NCBI RefSeq assembly: GCF_963921235.1
Contig: NC_086097.1
Location: 160,768,001-160,832,000 of the forward strand
Reading direction: 5' to 3'
From: Mobula hypostoma
Lineage: Eukaryota
DNA: 64,000 nt
Below, piece by piece: positions 36,981 through 51,439 of the stretch (position 1 is its first letter; each line of letters starts with the position of its first letter). The translations under genes were made by a program, and so were the position numbers. A model generated the notes under the pieces. It saw only the letters and a program-made list of their open reading frames with translations, was not told where the DNA came from and did not search any database.

Positions 36981-39900
36981 TAATCGCTTAAGATCTCTCC
37001 TATATCGTCCATAAATTTTAAAGGATAACAATTTCCTCTTGTCAACATACGCTTACTCCTTTTTTCCCGATCAGCCCCTCAATTTATTTTGTTAACCAAG
37101 ATTCCCCAATCTTACCATCGTTGCTTTTTGAAAGGGACAAACTTTTAAACACCTCCCACATTGAATGTTGGTTTTCCCTTTAACAGATGTTCCCAATCTA
37201 TCTTGGTAAGTCTTATACTGTCGAATTCTGTCTTCTCCCAGTTAAAGAGCTCAGCTCTAAGCCTGACCTTTTCATTTTCCATGACTACCTTAAACCTTAC
37301 TGAATTTGGCCAGCCAAATAATTAAGCAATAAGGGTGCCTAAGACTTTTGCACAGTACTGTAGTAATTTTATGTATTGCACTGTACTGCAAAAAAAACAT
37401 TCATGACATATGTGAGTGATACACCTGATTCTGTGTGTGTCTCTATTATGAAAAGGGGGTAGGGAGAGGAGAATCATGGTTGGGAGAAGAAGAAAGGAGA
37501 GGGAAGGTGCTTCACCCTCACTATTCCCAATATCCTTTGCTCCTGGCAGATTTACAACTTGCTCTGTTCCATATTGACAAATATAGTACTGGGTAAAAAT
37601 CTTAAGCACTCTAACTATATACAGTATGTGCTTATGATGTTTACACAGTACTGTATATACTCTGATAAGGTCAACATCCTACACAACAGGGGGGAAAAGA
37701 CCACATTTTATGAGTAATTAATGCAGAAAAACAGGTCAGTACAGAGGATTCACGAACTTTTTCTTGCAACTGTATATAAATAATATACAATAAGGGTCAC
37801 AACACTGACCCCTATGGCGCACCATTCTGAGAAATAATCGTCAACCACCTCCCTCTCCTACTTCTGATTCAATTTTGAATCCACCTAACTAGATGTCTCT
37901 TGGTTCCATGGGAGGCAATCTTCCATACCAGCCTACCACGTGGGACCTCATCAAAGACTTTGCTAAAATCCAAGTAGGTAATATTCATTGCCCTACCTTC
38001 CTTTTCAACACCTTGTTGATTCCTCCTAATCAGACTCTGTCGCTCCAAAGACTATATTACTGCATCATAACCATACTGTGAGTTTACAAAAGTTTATGAA
38101 TCCTGGTTTGAATGTTCAAAGATTGATTATTTCTTGTGATGTATATTTTGCCTTATTCTAGCTCTATGCAGTGTGCAGTAATTCAATCTGCACTGACACT
38201 ATGTGAAACAAGTGTTTTGCTGTACCTTGGTACATGTGATAATAATAAACAAATATCAAATATTAAAGTGTAGTAGAAACATCAGACTTGTTATTTACAT
38301 AAAAAACATGAGGTAGCCTTGTCCTGTTTGTTGACTGAGATTGCACTACAGTTCAACATTAAACCATCCTTCAGGATTTCCTGTTGTTTAAGTTGGGCTT
38401 CAGAGCACACTTAACAACTTGGATTATCTATTTGAGATTTACCTTTGACCTCTTTGTGGAGTTTCAACCTGTATTCTAATTTTAGTATAAAATAAGGGCC
38501 ACATATAAGGAAGAGTATTTTGTATGTTCAGGGCACAGCTCTCGTGTGGCAATTCTTCACACTTTCCTGATGCTTATGGTATGGATCCTGCACCTTATCT
38601 ATCCTGTTTCTCCCGTTCTTTGTATGGTTGTCTATCCAACTCATCTCACTTATGAGAACAAACCTTACTCTCTTGGCCCTATCACATTAGTATTTGAATA
38701 TCAGACTTCTCTTCCTGAGAACAAAAAATATTCCATTAACCTGCACCACTCACCTCCATCGACCTGCCCTCAGTGTCAATCTCCTTTTCACATCTGAATT
38801 ATTATACTTTTCTGCCTGCATTGACTGCTATTCTAAAGTTGATTTCCTTTTTCTCCTTATGAAGTGTTCCATGCAAGCTCTCGCCTTTTCTGACACATAC
38901 TAAATGCTGATATTTTTTCCTACTTTCACAACATCAAAAGCCCCTTTTTAAAAAAAGTCATGAATGATCTTTTATGATTGTTGATTTCATTTTCTCAATC
39001 AACCTCTTTGCAGCCTTGATTATCTCATCCTGCAGTGGTTCGCATCTATGTGCAGTGTATCTATTGAATAGCCTACTTTTGATTATACTTTTGAGCATTT
39101 GATACTTCATCTGTTTTGCTCTTCAATTAGAAAATGGATGCTTGGTTGCTAAAATTAATATATCTTTCAATACTTCCACATAAATTAATTGACCAATGAA
39201 ATGGATATTCATCACAGTATTGCCAATTTAAATTGGCAAGGCATCCATAACTTTATTGGCTTGATTCCATCTCTAATTTTCATTTAAATGGCCTGCCATT
39301 TTATTTTATTCTGATTCCTTGATCTAGATTCATCTACACCAGAAGGATACCTAATCATTTCAGAAAACTTCAATATATCATACCACAGCCTTAATTTAAG
39401 AAAATGCAAATCAAGTTTATGCCACCTGAGATTAAAATTTAATGTAACATCTTAACATCTCCTGCTTTTGCAATAAATCTACACTGTATTCCCCCATTAG
39501 TATACCTTTCCTAAAGTGTAGTATATATTGCCTTCTCTCTCCCCATCCCATCACTGTTGTTTCTGAAATATTGCACTTCATTCCTATACCATACTGATCT
39601 ACATGTTGTGTAAGATGTGTTCTCTCTCTGCCTTCATTTTCCTATCTTAAGCTCCAAAGTTCAGATGAATACTGATGTTTGCTCAGCAAATGTAGCAGCT
39701 CATGCCTGCATGATGTAAAACCTAGACAGCATGGGTTGGTACATGGGAAATAGCATTTCATACCAAGAATTGGTTATCTCCTTTGGGAATGGATCTATCC
39801 ACCCACACTAGGCATTTCCATTGGCAGGTCCCTCACTATCAACATTCCTATGGTCGCCACCTACTGTAAAACTTAACCAGGTGAAATAATTTTGCTATGG

Positions 39901-40284
39901 GAGTAAGTCAGAGGCTGTTACCTTACACAAGGCAGAAGTGTGACAAATACTTTGACAAATAAACCTGCTTGATTGGTTGGTATGCTATACACCACTGGCA
40001 GATCATGGTTATGGTATGTGCTCTAAGTATAATGCACTACAATTGCTCATTCATGCCACTGGGACAGCAGGCACATGAGAACACCAGCACCTTCATGTTT
40101 CCCTCTAAATTGTACAGCATTCTGACCTGGAAATATTCCTCATTGGAACTGAAGCCATCTAACAAACTGCATTATAAGATTATCTTCACCAGAACAACTG
40201 CAGCAGTTCAAGGAGGTCACCATTTTTTTTCAAGGGTATGTCGACCTGGTAAGTAATGCTCCGTGTCGACCTGGTAAGTAATGC

Positions 40285-40360
40285 AAGGGAGCCGGCCGGA
40301 TTCGGACTCGGGACCTCTCGCCCGAAGTCCAGTGCTGATGCCGCTATGCCACCAGCCAGC
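40285..40360 (-). mobile_element. tRNA-derived SINE head
   Basis: Minus strand A-box-like tggcatagcgg and B-box-like gagtccgaatcc; no complete cloverleaf. Confidence 0.55.
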
Positions 40361-40699
40361 ATAAAATCTAGACCAATGCTTTTTTATTCTATTTTTGAAC
40401 AATTTTAACACCTGTCCTTAATTTTACAACATCCTATTTATACATAAATAGATTTAAGGTAACTTTGGTTGCTTTATCAATCAAGACAATGGAGGTTCAT
40501 GTAGATCCTGCTGCATGTACCTATTCTTATCTTTACTTGTCGTATTCAAGATCCTCACATGTCCAGTTTGTGATTCTGTTTGAACATAAGAATTAGGATC
40601 AGGAGCAGGTCATGTAGTCCTTTGAGCCTGTTTCAACAATCATTAAGATGATGGCAGATCTTCCTCTGTAGTTCTGCTTTCCTGCATTATTTTCATATA

Positions 40700-41187
40700 C
40701 AGTACAGTGCAAAAGTCTTAAATATATATATATATTTATAATATATATACTATAATATATATATTATAGAGCTGGGGTTCCTAAGACCTTTGCACCATAC
40801 AGTAGTAATTTTATTGCACTGTACTGCTGCTACAAATAAAAACACATTTCTTGACGTATGTGAGTGATGATAAACCTGATTCTGATATGGGTCTTTATTG
40901 TGGACTGAGAGTGGGAAAGGGTCAGGGAGAGGGCAATCTGGTTAGGAAATGGGGAATTGAGAGAGGAGAGAGCAGAAAGCACCCAGGAGACATTCAGTAA
41001 TGATCAATGAACCAACTGCTTGGAATTAATTGACTTTGCCTGGTGTCTTAGGGCAGGGTGTGTCTGCACCTGTGCCATTCCAGACATTCTTTGCTCCCAT
41101 CAGACTTACAGATTTGCTCTCCACTCCATGTTGACAAATACAATAGCTATATACTCTATACATGCCTAAGAATTTTATACAGTACTG
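40700..41187. mobile_element. Tc1/mariner-type MITE
   Basis: TIR-like cagtacagtgcaaaagtctta / ctaagacctttgcaccatacag / ctaagaattttatacagtactg, TA-flanked; related copy at ~37335-37635. Confidence 0.55.
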
Positions 41188-41499
41188 TATCTGATTATAT
41201 TAATCTTAAGGAAAAGAGTAATGTGGTAGGAGAAATCTGAGTGCAAAATAAACTGCCAGAACTAGTACAACAGATGCTAAGAGATTCTGTAGATTGTTAA
41301 TTTTTCTTTATTTAAACTAAGTGCCTAGCTAGGCCTATCAAAAGTAATTCTATGGAATCAATAACGGGAAATAAGGAAAGGTTTGATGAGTTAAACAGCT
41401 ATTAAACGGATATGAATAATAGTCCAGAATTAAAGCTGTGAATTCAAAGAGAAGAAGGAACTATGGGTGGAGGGAGGTGAGAGGAAAGGGGTGGAATTA

Positions 41500-42220
41500 C
41501 AGTCATCCTTCCTTACCCACCACTTTCTGCTTTCCGTAGGGATCACTCCCTACACGACTCCCTTGTCCACTCATGCCTCCCCCCGATCTCCTTCCTGGCA
41601 GTTATCCTTGAGAGCGGAACAAGTGCCATATCGGCCCCTACACCACCTTCCTCACTACTATTCAGGGTCCCAAACAGTCTTTCCAGGTGAGGCAACACTT
41701 CACCTGTGAGTTTGCTGGGGTCATCTACTGTATCCAGTGCTCCCAGTGTGGCCTCCTGTTTATCAGTGAGACCCGGTGTAGATTTGGAGACCACTTGCCC
41801 GAATACCTACGCTTCATCCACCAGAAAAGTGGCCACCTAGTTCAATTCTACTTCCCATTCCCATTCCATCATGTCAGTCCATGGCTGTCGCTAGTGCTGC
41901 AATGAGGCCATGCTCAGGTTGGAGGAGCAACACCTTATATTATGCCATGGACATCAATTTCTCAAGCTTCCGGTAATCCCCACCCAGCTTCACCATTCCC
42001 TATTCCCACTTCTCTTTGCATCACCCCTCCCCCACTCCTGGTTTCATCTATCACCTATAAACTTGTATTTCTTCCTCCACTCCCCCTACCTTCTTACTCT
42101 GCCTTCTCATCTTTTTTCTCCAGTCCCGATGAAGGGTTTCAACCCAAAATGTTGACTATTTAGTCTTGTCCATATGTGCTGCCAGGCCTGCTGAGTTCCT
42201 CCAGCATTTTGTGTGTGTTG
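41500..42220 (+). mobile_element. Penelope-like element, GIY-YIG endonuclease remnant and terminus
   Basis: RQHFTCEFAGVIYCIQCSQCGLLFISETRCRFGDHL; degenerate hammerhead cagtcccgatgaaggg at ~42121. Confidence 0.8.
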
Positions 42221-44344
42221 TTGAGAAATAATGTGTGCTGTGGATAAAGGATGGATGTACTAAAATTTCCAGAAGGCATTTCATGAGGTAGCTCATTAAA
42301 GGCTATTGCCCAAAATAAAAGCACGAAGAGTACCCAAAACACTGGTCAAAGATCTGGTCAATTGAAGGCAGAGGGAGAAGACGTGAAAGACTGCAGACAT
42401 AAACATATTTGGAAATCTTAGTGCAAGTCTCACAAAAGCCTACTATTCAGATAGGCAAGTATCTGGAATGTGAATAGAATATTATCGCTTATTGCTTGAA
42501 GAATTGTAAACAAAATTAAGCAGGTTATTATGCTTCAATAACGTAGAGGTGGATATGGAATATTGTGCATGACATGGCTTTCCTTATTTTACAAAGGATA
42601 TTAATGTATTGGAAGCAGTTAGTCAGAGGTTACCTAGAATGGGTGGGTGGTCTTGCATCTATTGAAGTTTAAGAGATTGTCTTGATTTGTAAACATAATT
42701 TCCTGTGGATGTTATGGAGACAATAGATACAGGCATAATGGAGGTGGATGGGGAGAAATAGCAACACCTAAAATATACAGGTTTAAAATGAGGATGAGGG
42801 AGAATCTAAGAGGGGAAAAATATCATCCAGAGGACAGATTATACTGCCTGAGTATGTAGTAGAGGCAGACATGCCACAACATTTAAGCATTAACTGGAAG
42901 AGCACTTGAATCATCAAGACATAGAACGCTGCAGACCAAGTGTTGTGTAAATAGAAGGGAATGCAGAATTACCATTCAACCAGATCAGGCAGGCAGAGCA
43001 TTTGACTTGAGGGGTCTAGTGTCTTACTCCTGTTCCAATTCATATATTAATACAATAAATCTATCAATCTCTTTTTTGAGGGAATTCTGCAATCCTCAGA
43101 CAGAGAATCCTAAGGATTCAGCAACCTGTAAGTGAAGGATTTTCTCTTTCAAATTTAAAATGGCTACTATTTGTTCTGAGACTTTGTCTCCTCAAATATT
43201 CCCTCTATTCAGCTCTATCAAAATATGGTATGTTTCAGTAAAATCACTTCACATTCTTCTAACCGCTGGAGAATACAAGCCAAATCTCTGAACCTCTCTT
43301 TGCTGGACAAGCCCACCATCTCAGGTACCAGTTGAATGAATCTTCACTGTGCTCCCTCTGTGGCAAATATACTCCTTTTTAAGGAAGAAGACCTTGTCCG
43401 TATATGGTCTCAGCAATGCACCATTCATCTTTCCTCCTGTAACCAGCTTATCTCATAATACATATCTGCTGCCTCCTAACTACTTGCTGCACCTTTCAAT
43501 ACACATGAAAGACCCCTTTTAGCCTTGGTTCATGTGTAACATAAAGTCTTTTCAGTGATGAAGAGGTCCTGGTTATTTATGACAGTAGTAGTGATGCTCT
43601 GATCGCTGCTGATTTCCTCTTCATTATTACCTTATTGGTAAGGTACAAGGCAATGTAGCCATTTACAAATTCCTGATGAGAATAAAATTCACTTCGATAA
43701 CATATTCTCATTGCTAACTTCTTGTTGCCATCAAAGGGCACCATTTTGAGCAATCAAACTATGCAAAATCTGTGGAGTAGTGGTTCTTGTATTGAATTTA
43801 CTAAGCATTGAGTTCAATGTTTCTGTATCACATTGTCTAACATGAAAATTTAGGAGTAAATAATGTAAGACTACTTTCTTATTGTCTGGAAAGCCTGTAT
43901 AAACGAATGCCAGTATCTAGCAGGGTGGAACTTAGTGAGTACCCTTGTGGATATGTCAGGATGCAAATGGTTCCAGGGCCGAGTGCTAGATTTAAAGGCA
44001 AGATGCATACATGCGTACAGCACATTTCATACCTCCAGCATAGTGTAATCTGCTATTCGCATGACAGTTGGATAAATATTTCCTTTATGTCATCTATAGC
44101 ATCATTTGTATACTATGTGATCTTGACTGCTATGGAAAAGGAATATTTAATTTTCATTAAAATATAAATCAACAGGTGATCTACGAGAATTTTTTTTTAC
44201 TTGCATACTTTATCTTTTGTATGACTTTGTGGTACTCCCAAATTGTGACCAGCCTAACCCACCATGCAGAAGGTATCCTGTGGCTAACCTGAGCTGGACT
44301 ACTCTTGAAGTTCTGTGTACAGTTCTATTTACAGTGTCTATACC

Positions 44345-44630
44345 ATGGTCAGCATGGTAGCGTAGTAGTTGACACAATATTTTACAGTTTCAGTGACGCA
44401 GGGTCAATTCTCGCCACTGTCTGGAAGGAGTTTGTATGCTCTCCTCGTGACCACATGGGTTTCCTCTGAGTGCTCTGGTTTCCTCCCATGGTCCAAAGAC
44501 ACACCATTTGATAGGTTAATTGGTTACTGCAAATTGTCCCATGATGAGGCTAGGGTTAAATCAAGGATTGCTGGGCAGCATAGCTCCTAGGGCCTATTCT
44601 GCGGTTGTATCTCAATACATAAATAAATAT
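44345..44630 (+). mobile_element. V-SINE (HE1-like)
   Basis: tRNA-like head plus V-domain ggagtttgtatgctctcctcgtg..gggtttcctctgagtgctctggtttcctccca..tccaaagac; A-rich tail. Confidence 0.75.
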
Positions 44631-47339
44631 AAACAGACAGAAGGGTTTGTGTGGTTGAAACTAGAAGTGCAAAGTTAAACACATCAGGAAAGATTGAACA
44701 GGCTGGGTGCTTACCTTCTGTGGGAGGGTAAAAGGCTAGAATGGATCCAACAGAGATGCATAAAATTATGAAAGTTTTTAAAGAGCAAGTTCTTTGTTAC
44801 CACTATTGCATAAAAAGAGGCCATTTTACCAGATGCTCTTCAACACATTAAATATTCAAATATCTGATATAGATTTTTTTTAAAAAATTGGTTTGGTGGC
44901 AAACCTGTGAAATTCTCTGTCGCAGAAGGTAGTGAAGGCCAAGTCACTGAATATTCTAAGGAAAGACAGATTTCTAAATACAAAAAGCATCAGTGTGGTG
45001 TGGGGTGAAATCAGGAATATGTTATTGTTATTAAATGATACAGGAGGCTCAAAGAACTGTTTGACCTCTTCCTGCTCCTACTTTTTCATGTGCCTGTATT
45101 TTGTTTTTAAAAATTAAATGCTATTGACCCAAATCACTTATTCTGTTTCTCTTGCCATAGAAGCTGACCTGCTGTGTGTTTCCTGCATTTTTTTTTATTT
45201 CCGTTTTCCAGTACCACAGTATTTTACTGCTATAAATATTTCACTCCAATGTTTTATTCTTTTAACTATAGAAATCTCATAATGGGTCCCTTGGTGCATC
45301 TGACATAGGTAATGGAAACCAATGCGCCAAAAGGCAGGAAATCTACCCTGCTTGGGAAACAATGCTTTGGCTTCTTTGAATGATGTAAACACTAGCATAA
45401 ATTCTATTTAGAAACTGGGCCTGAAACTTTGTAATGTTAGAAGATAAACTATTTAAACCAGAAAATCAGGGGAATACATAGTTTTGAAATACAATTTGAG
45501 ATTTGTTAGTTTATATGCAAGACAAAAAGCAAGTAATCTCCCACATCCTTCCTCAAAGATATTTATTGTGAAAATGTTGGCATCCCATAATGGATTTATG
45601 AGAAATTAACAATTGCCTAAAATATTATCTCCCCGTGATAACAATGAAGGGGGGAGTCTGAATTTCAAAGGGAGAGCCTGAAACACTACATCTACTACAT
45701 GGCTTTTGTGGAACTGTTGACCAGAGATAGAATTCTCAGCAAAACAGCCTTTGAAGTTCAGAATAGTTAATTTTACGTAAGGCCTTTTAAAATTTTCCAA
45801 AGAGTAACTGAACTGCTTTCTCAAAGTCAGATCTTCAGTATGAAAAAATTTAAACCAAAATATTGAAACATTTGGCAGCAGTTCATTGGTTTGTTTTTGA
45901 GTGACCACGTCTGTGGCAGTCTTGCTTCGGCAAGTACTGACTGAATCGCATCTGTCGTCACTGGGAAGGGAAGATTCGTCATTTGCCAGGACGTGGGTTT
46001 GACCCGGATCCCAAAGTGACCTTGCTGGGTTAATTGGCATTCAGTCACAAACACAAGAGATTTGGCAGTTGCTCACTTTTAAGTCTGTTTCCTGGTCTCT
46101 GATGATATTTTCCAGTCAGCATCCTTCCTGCCTTCAAGGACAAAGTTCAGATGAGTTCAGTAGGAAGAACCCTGTTTCCATGTGTTAGTGGCTGCATTCT
46201 ACTTTACAGATACACATCAACACAGAACGAGCTGAATCCCCATTCATCTAATCAAGGCAGGATTTCTGTTTTACCGATAAAAAGAGCATCTGTTTACTTT
46301 ACCAAAGGGATGGCAAAGTGGTTTATTTTGATCCACACTGACTCTCTTCCCTAAGAGGCAGGTGACTTGTTATGAGAAGTTCCTGTTGAAAAATATACCA
46401 CTTGGCTTAATGTTTTTTTTTCCATGCAGATCTTGTAACCTCCCATCTGTGTACATCCCAATAAAGAATTTAAAGGGAGATTCCCATTTTGCAGTGTGTG
46501 TCTACGAACAAAAGCAGCTTCAAGTTGGAAGACCTCTCTTCTGCTTCACTGTCAACCATTCAACATTTATTGTAAGAAGAATTAACAATGGCCCATTGAT
46601 CCCAGATGAATGATTATGAATGACTTCCCATCAGTCACAATCAGTGACTAGTGTGAGACATGAATGGCCTGTCAGACTACAATACAATAGACAGGCAGAT
46701 CACTAAGCAGTGAATAAATCTGCTTTTGTCTGTATTTTACCCTTCTGCTCTTTTTTTTCAGTGGTTTTACTGAACACAACAAAAATAACTTGCATTTCTA
46801 TCACAGCAAACTGTTTCAGAATGACTCATCAGACTATAAGCACATGGTGTGTTCATTGACAATAATCCGTATTAACAAGAGAATTAATTACCATGCCTAG
46901 AGTGTTATAAACTATTTTTTTTTCCATGACTCAGTTCAAGGCTGTTTTGCAGCGCTCTGGGATTTCAATCAGTCATGGGTCATCTTTTTGCTCTCTTGAG
47001 ATCTCTGGCTCAGAGATAGACATATTTTCCTGTGCAATACACAGGAGGAACTTGTTCCCAAATTGACTATCTTTGGGTGGTGCTGAACAAGGAACCCTGT
47101 TGAGTAAGTTGATTGCATATCTTTTATCTGACTGTACCCACCTCCACACTGTGGCATTACAGTGTTGTCACTAGGAGCAGCCTCAGACCACCCTGTCCAT
47201 AAGAAATAGGAGCAGAATTAAGCCATTCAGCGCATACAGTCTGCTCTGCTATTTCATCATGATGATCCATTTTCCATCTCAATCTTGTCCTCCTGCTTAC
47301 TCTCCGTAACCATAAATGCCGTGACTACTCAAGAACCTG

Positions 47340-47830
47340 TCAACACAGGAGCATAATTGAGAGCATCCTGACTGGCTGTATCACTGCCTGGTATGGGAAC
47401 TGTACTTCCTTCAATCGCAAGACTCTGCAGAGAGTGCTGCAGACAGCCCAGTGCATCTGTGCATGCGAACTTCCCATTATTCCAGACATTTACAGCAATA
47501 GTGTGTAAAAAGGGCCCGAAGGATGATTGGGGACCCGAATCACCCCAACCACAAACTGTTCCAGCTGCTACCATCCAGGAAACGGTACCGCAGCGTTAAA
47601 GCCAGGACTAACATGCTCTGGGACAGCTTTTTCCACCAGGCCATCTGACTGATTAATTCACATGGACACAATTGTATTTCTAAGCTATATTGACTGTTTT
47701 GTTGTATATCTTACTATACATACTATTTATTACAAATTACTATAATTTGTACATTGTTCATTTGGGCAGAAAAGTAACGTAAAGATTTCTACTCCTCATG
47801 TATATGAAGGCTGTAAGAAATAAATTCAAG
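47340..47830 (+). mobile_element. Rex1/Babar-like 3' fragment nested in a minus-strand CR1 3' end (47197-48020)
   Basis: gagagcatcctgactggctgtatcactgcctggtatggg; same family as 17.7 kb; the CR1 continues on both sides. Confidence 0.7.
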
Positions 47831-48323
47831 GCAACCTCACCCTAAATACGCCCAATGACCACATGGCTGTGGCAACAAGTTCCAAGATTCACCACCCTCT
47901 GGCTAAAGAAATTCCTCATCTCCATTCTAAATGGACATCCCTCTATTCTAAAGCTGTGCCCTCTCGGCCTAGACTCTCCCACTATAGGAAACATCCTTTG
48001 CACATCCTCTCTATCTAGATCCTCAGCCTCCTTCCCCCACAGACCCAGCATTCAATAAGTAGAATATCAGGAGATCTCATGAGCTCCCACCATAGCCCCC
48101 TTCCCTGGTTACTTGCATCACTTGCAGTTCTTAGCCATAAATGTACCAGACCCGAATGTACCAAAAAATTTGGTCAGGTTTAATATCAAGTGAATACACA
48201 TGTTAGTACCACCTTGGCAGAACAAGGAGCACACTGGGATATTAGTCACAGTTGATGTCCCAATGATACAGACACAGTCAATGGATTTTCCATTTAACAA
48301 TGGGTCCTAGCTATCAAATTATA

Positions 48324-50070
48324 AACACGAGGAAGTCTGCAGATGCTGGAAGTCTAAAGCAACACACACAGAAGGCTAGAGGAACTCAGCAGGCCAGGCA
48401 GCATCTATAGAAGTGAATAAACAGTCCACAAAAGAACAAACCAATCCCACTTCATCACCACCCTCCTCTCACAAACAAGACAAAATCTGCAGATGCTGAA
48501 AATCTGAGCAACACACACAAAATTTGATTGTATCCTTTTCCTAGATGCTGTCTGGCCTGCTGAATTCGTCCAGCATTTTGTGTGTGTATGACCCTCTTCT
48601 ACCTGGCAGAACTGGTCCTCGCTCTGAATGATTTTTCCTTTTGCTCCAAACTCGGGGTATAGCCATGGACCCCAGCTATGCCTGTCTCTTCCTGGCTAAG
48701 TAAAGAAGTCCATGTTTGAAGCCTTCCTTGGAAATACTCCCCAAATCTTCCTTCACTACATTGGAGACTGCCTTGTTGCTGCCTCATGTACCCATGCTGA
48801 GCTTGTCAGTTTATCAACTTTGCCTCTAACTTCCACCCTGCCCTTAAATTCACTTGGTCCAACTCTGACATCTCCCTCCCCTTTCTCGATCTCACAGCCT
48901 CCATCTCTGGAGACAAACTAACAACCGCCATCTTCTGTAAACTTACTAATCCCCACAGTTATCTTGACTATACCTCTTCCCACTCTATCTCCTGTAAGAA
49001 TGCTATTCCCTTTTCTCAGTTTCTTCACTTCTGCTGCATCTGTTTCCAGGACTTGGTTTTCCGTTCTAGGACATCAGAGATGTCCTCCTTTAAAGAACAG
49101 GGGTTTCCTTCCTCCACTATTGATGCTATCCTCACCTGCATCTTCTCCATTTCCCGAACATCTGCACTCACCCTTTTCTGCCACCTTAACAGTTCCTCTT
49201 GACCTTGCCTACCACCTTATTGGTCTCCACATGCAACACATTATCCTCCACAACTTCTGCCATCTCCAAAGGTATCCTACCGCTAAACATATCTTTACCT
49301 CTCCCCTCTGCTCTCCACAGGGATCACTCCCTCCATGATTGCCTCCCCACTAATCTCCCTCCCAGCACTTATTCCTGTAAGCGGCCCAAGTGCTACACCT
49401 GCCATACACCTCCCTCATCTTCATCCAGTGCCTCAGGCAGTCATTCTAGGTGAGGCACTGGGGTCATCTATTGGGTTCGGTGCTCCCAGTGCGGCCTCCC
49501 CTACGTTTGTGAGACCCATCATAAATTGGGGGACAGCTTCATCAAGCACCTCCACTCTATCTGCCACAAGTGAGAACAGCCAAACATTTTAATTCCAATT
49601 CTGATTCCCATTCCCATTCCAAGATGTCATTCCATGGCCTCCTCTTGTGCCAAGATGAGGCCACCATCAGGGTGGAGGAGCAACACCTTATGTTCCGTCT
49701 GGGTAGTCTCCAACCTGATGATATGGATATTGATTTCTTCTTCCAGTAAACAAGTACCCCCACCCCGTATTCTCTGACTCTTTACCTCTTCTCGCCTACC
49801 TATTAATTCCCCCGGGTCCCCCAGCCATCTGCCCTCTTTTCCTTTCTCCTGTGGTCCACTCTCCTCTCCTATCAGATTCCTTCATCTCCAGCTCTTGACC
49901 TTTCCCACCAACCTGTATTCCCCTGTCACTTTCCAGCCAGCCTCCTCCCCCACCCCACTTTTTTATTCTGGCATCTTCCCCCTTCCTGTCAGTCCTGAAG
50001 AAGGGTCTCGACTATTTATTCATTTTCATAGATGTCGCCTGACCACCAGCATTTCTACCAGCATTTTCCG
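48324..50070 (+). mobile_element. Penelope-like element (decayed RT + GIY-YIG) preceded by inverted terminal fragments
   Basis: RT-like remnants G(I)AM, FLHYIGDCL and PFLDL; endonuclease region similar to 41.7 kb; terminus agtcctgaagaagggtctc. Confidence 0.75.
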
Positions 50071-51439
50071 TGCTTTTTATATGCTATCAAGTTCATTTGT
50101 TTCTCCTCTGATTCAGACGTTGCTATTTTCTACCTTGAACGATAGCTGGCATCACTCTTTTGAGGATGCTTCCCTCGTTTGCTGTTTGAGTTTTCTGATG
50201 GCCTTTCACTACATGATCATTTGTGGCAATGACTGACAGCAGAAAAGAGATGTTCTGATACTTAGTAGTTGCACCACATTGATGGGCAGTGATGTTCTTG
50301 CCAAACCAGCAGGCATCAATACAACCGAGGAGAACTTCACTCAAAGCTCTTATTTGGAGATTAAGTCACTGTGTCAGGTCCCTGTGGCACATACTGGGAA
50401 GTGTGTCCTGCAGAGAAGAAAGCTGTGAGTGACTGCACACTGTAGGGGTGGTATCAGTTTGTAAGCACATTGTTGTTTGCATCAATGGAGAACACCGGTT
50501 AACAGAGAGAAACTGTGTTCTTCAGTGGGACAGAAGTCAGGGGCACTGAGAGCAAGATAATGCCTGGTTACCTTTCTGAGCTTTAGAGAAAAGATCCTGC
50601 TTTTAAAATGAAAGCCCATTTTGCATTTGAATAAAACTAAAATTTGGGAACCAGTGACTCCTGTTTTCTTCAGTTTTCTCTTCTCTTTCCTACACTTGCA
50701 GAGTCTGACCTACTCAGCAGATATGATCCGTAAGGCCTAATATAAGGAGGTCTATGGACCGCACCATTCCCAGCATGACCAAAAATGGATACTTTCAAAT
50801 CTCTAGACTATGGTCAGATTGCCTGTGCCACATGGGTGCATTGAACTAGTGGAGACATTCACACAGATAACACAGCAAGCAATTCACATTCCAGGCTTTC
50901 ATTGGGCCGATAGGACTTCTATAATAGGGACACAGGAGACTGCAGATTGAAGCAACACACAAAAAATTGGCTCCACTGAGGGAAATGAATAGTGAGTTTT
51001 CTTTTGCTTTTTATTGTGGTTTTATGTATGAAATTACCAGTTACAGGAAATTCCTACAGAAGTAGAGAAGTCTTAGGGTGCTAGCTGATCCAATTTATTT
51101 TCCTGCTTCACCTCAGTTGCTGGAATGTTGCAGGCACCAGGAAACAAAGTAAATGTCTGGAGATAGTACCACACATCCTGAAGGGGCTTGAAATTCAACC
51201 CAAACATGTGGTCTAGTATGCAAGTTGATGTGGTTGCTGAAACTGATTTCAGTATTAACGCTTCCTTCCTGCTGCTTACAAATTACACAGCTGCTACATG
51301 TATGCATATGGCAGAGGGAAGTGGAAAACTAGCTCCATTTTGATCTGTAATACATTATGTTTTGGATTTTGGCCAAAATTCCATGTCTATAGGGGATCCT
51401 GTGTCTCCTAAAAAGTTTGTGATGTTATATGAGAAGGAC

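Noticed and set aside
40239..40284. U1 snRNA-like 5' end (attacttaccagg on the minus strand)
   Set aside because: The match covers only ~10 nt and no U1 body or Sm site follows.
40285..40360. Functional tRNA gene
   Set aside because: A/B-like boxes are present, but the B box is mutated, the acceptor stem is unconvincing and there is no T-run terminator; a SINE head fits better.
45606..46040. 144-aa minus-strand ORF as a protein-coding gene
   Set aside because: No recognisable domain, an in-frame stop immediately upstream, and no convincing splice signals.
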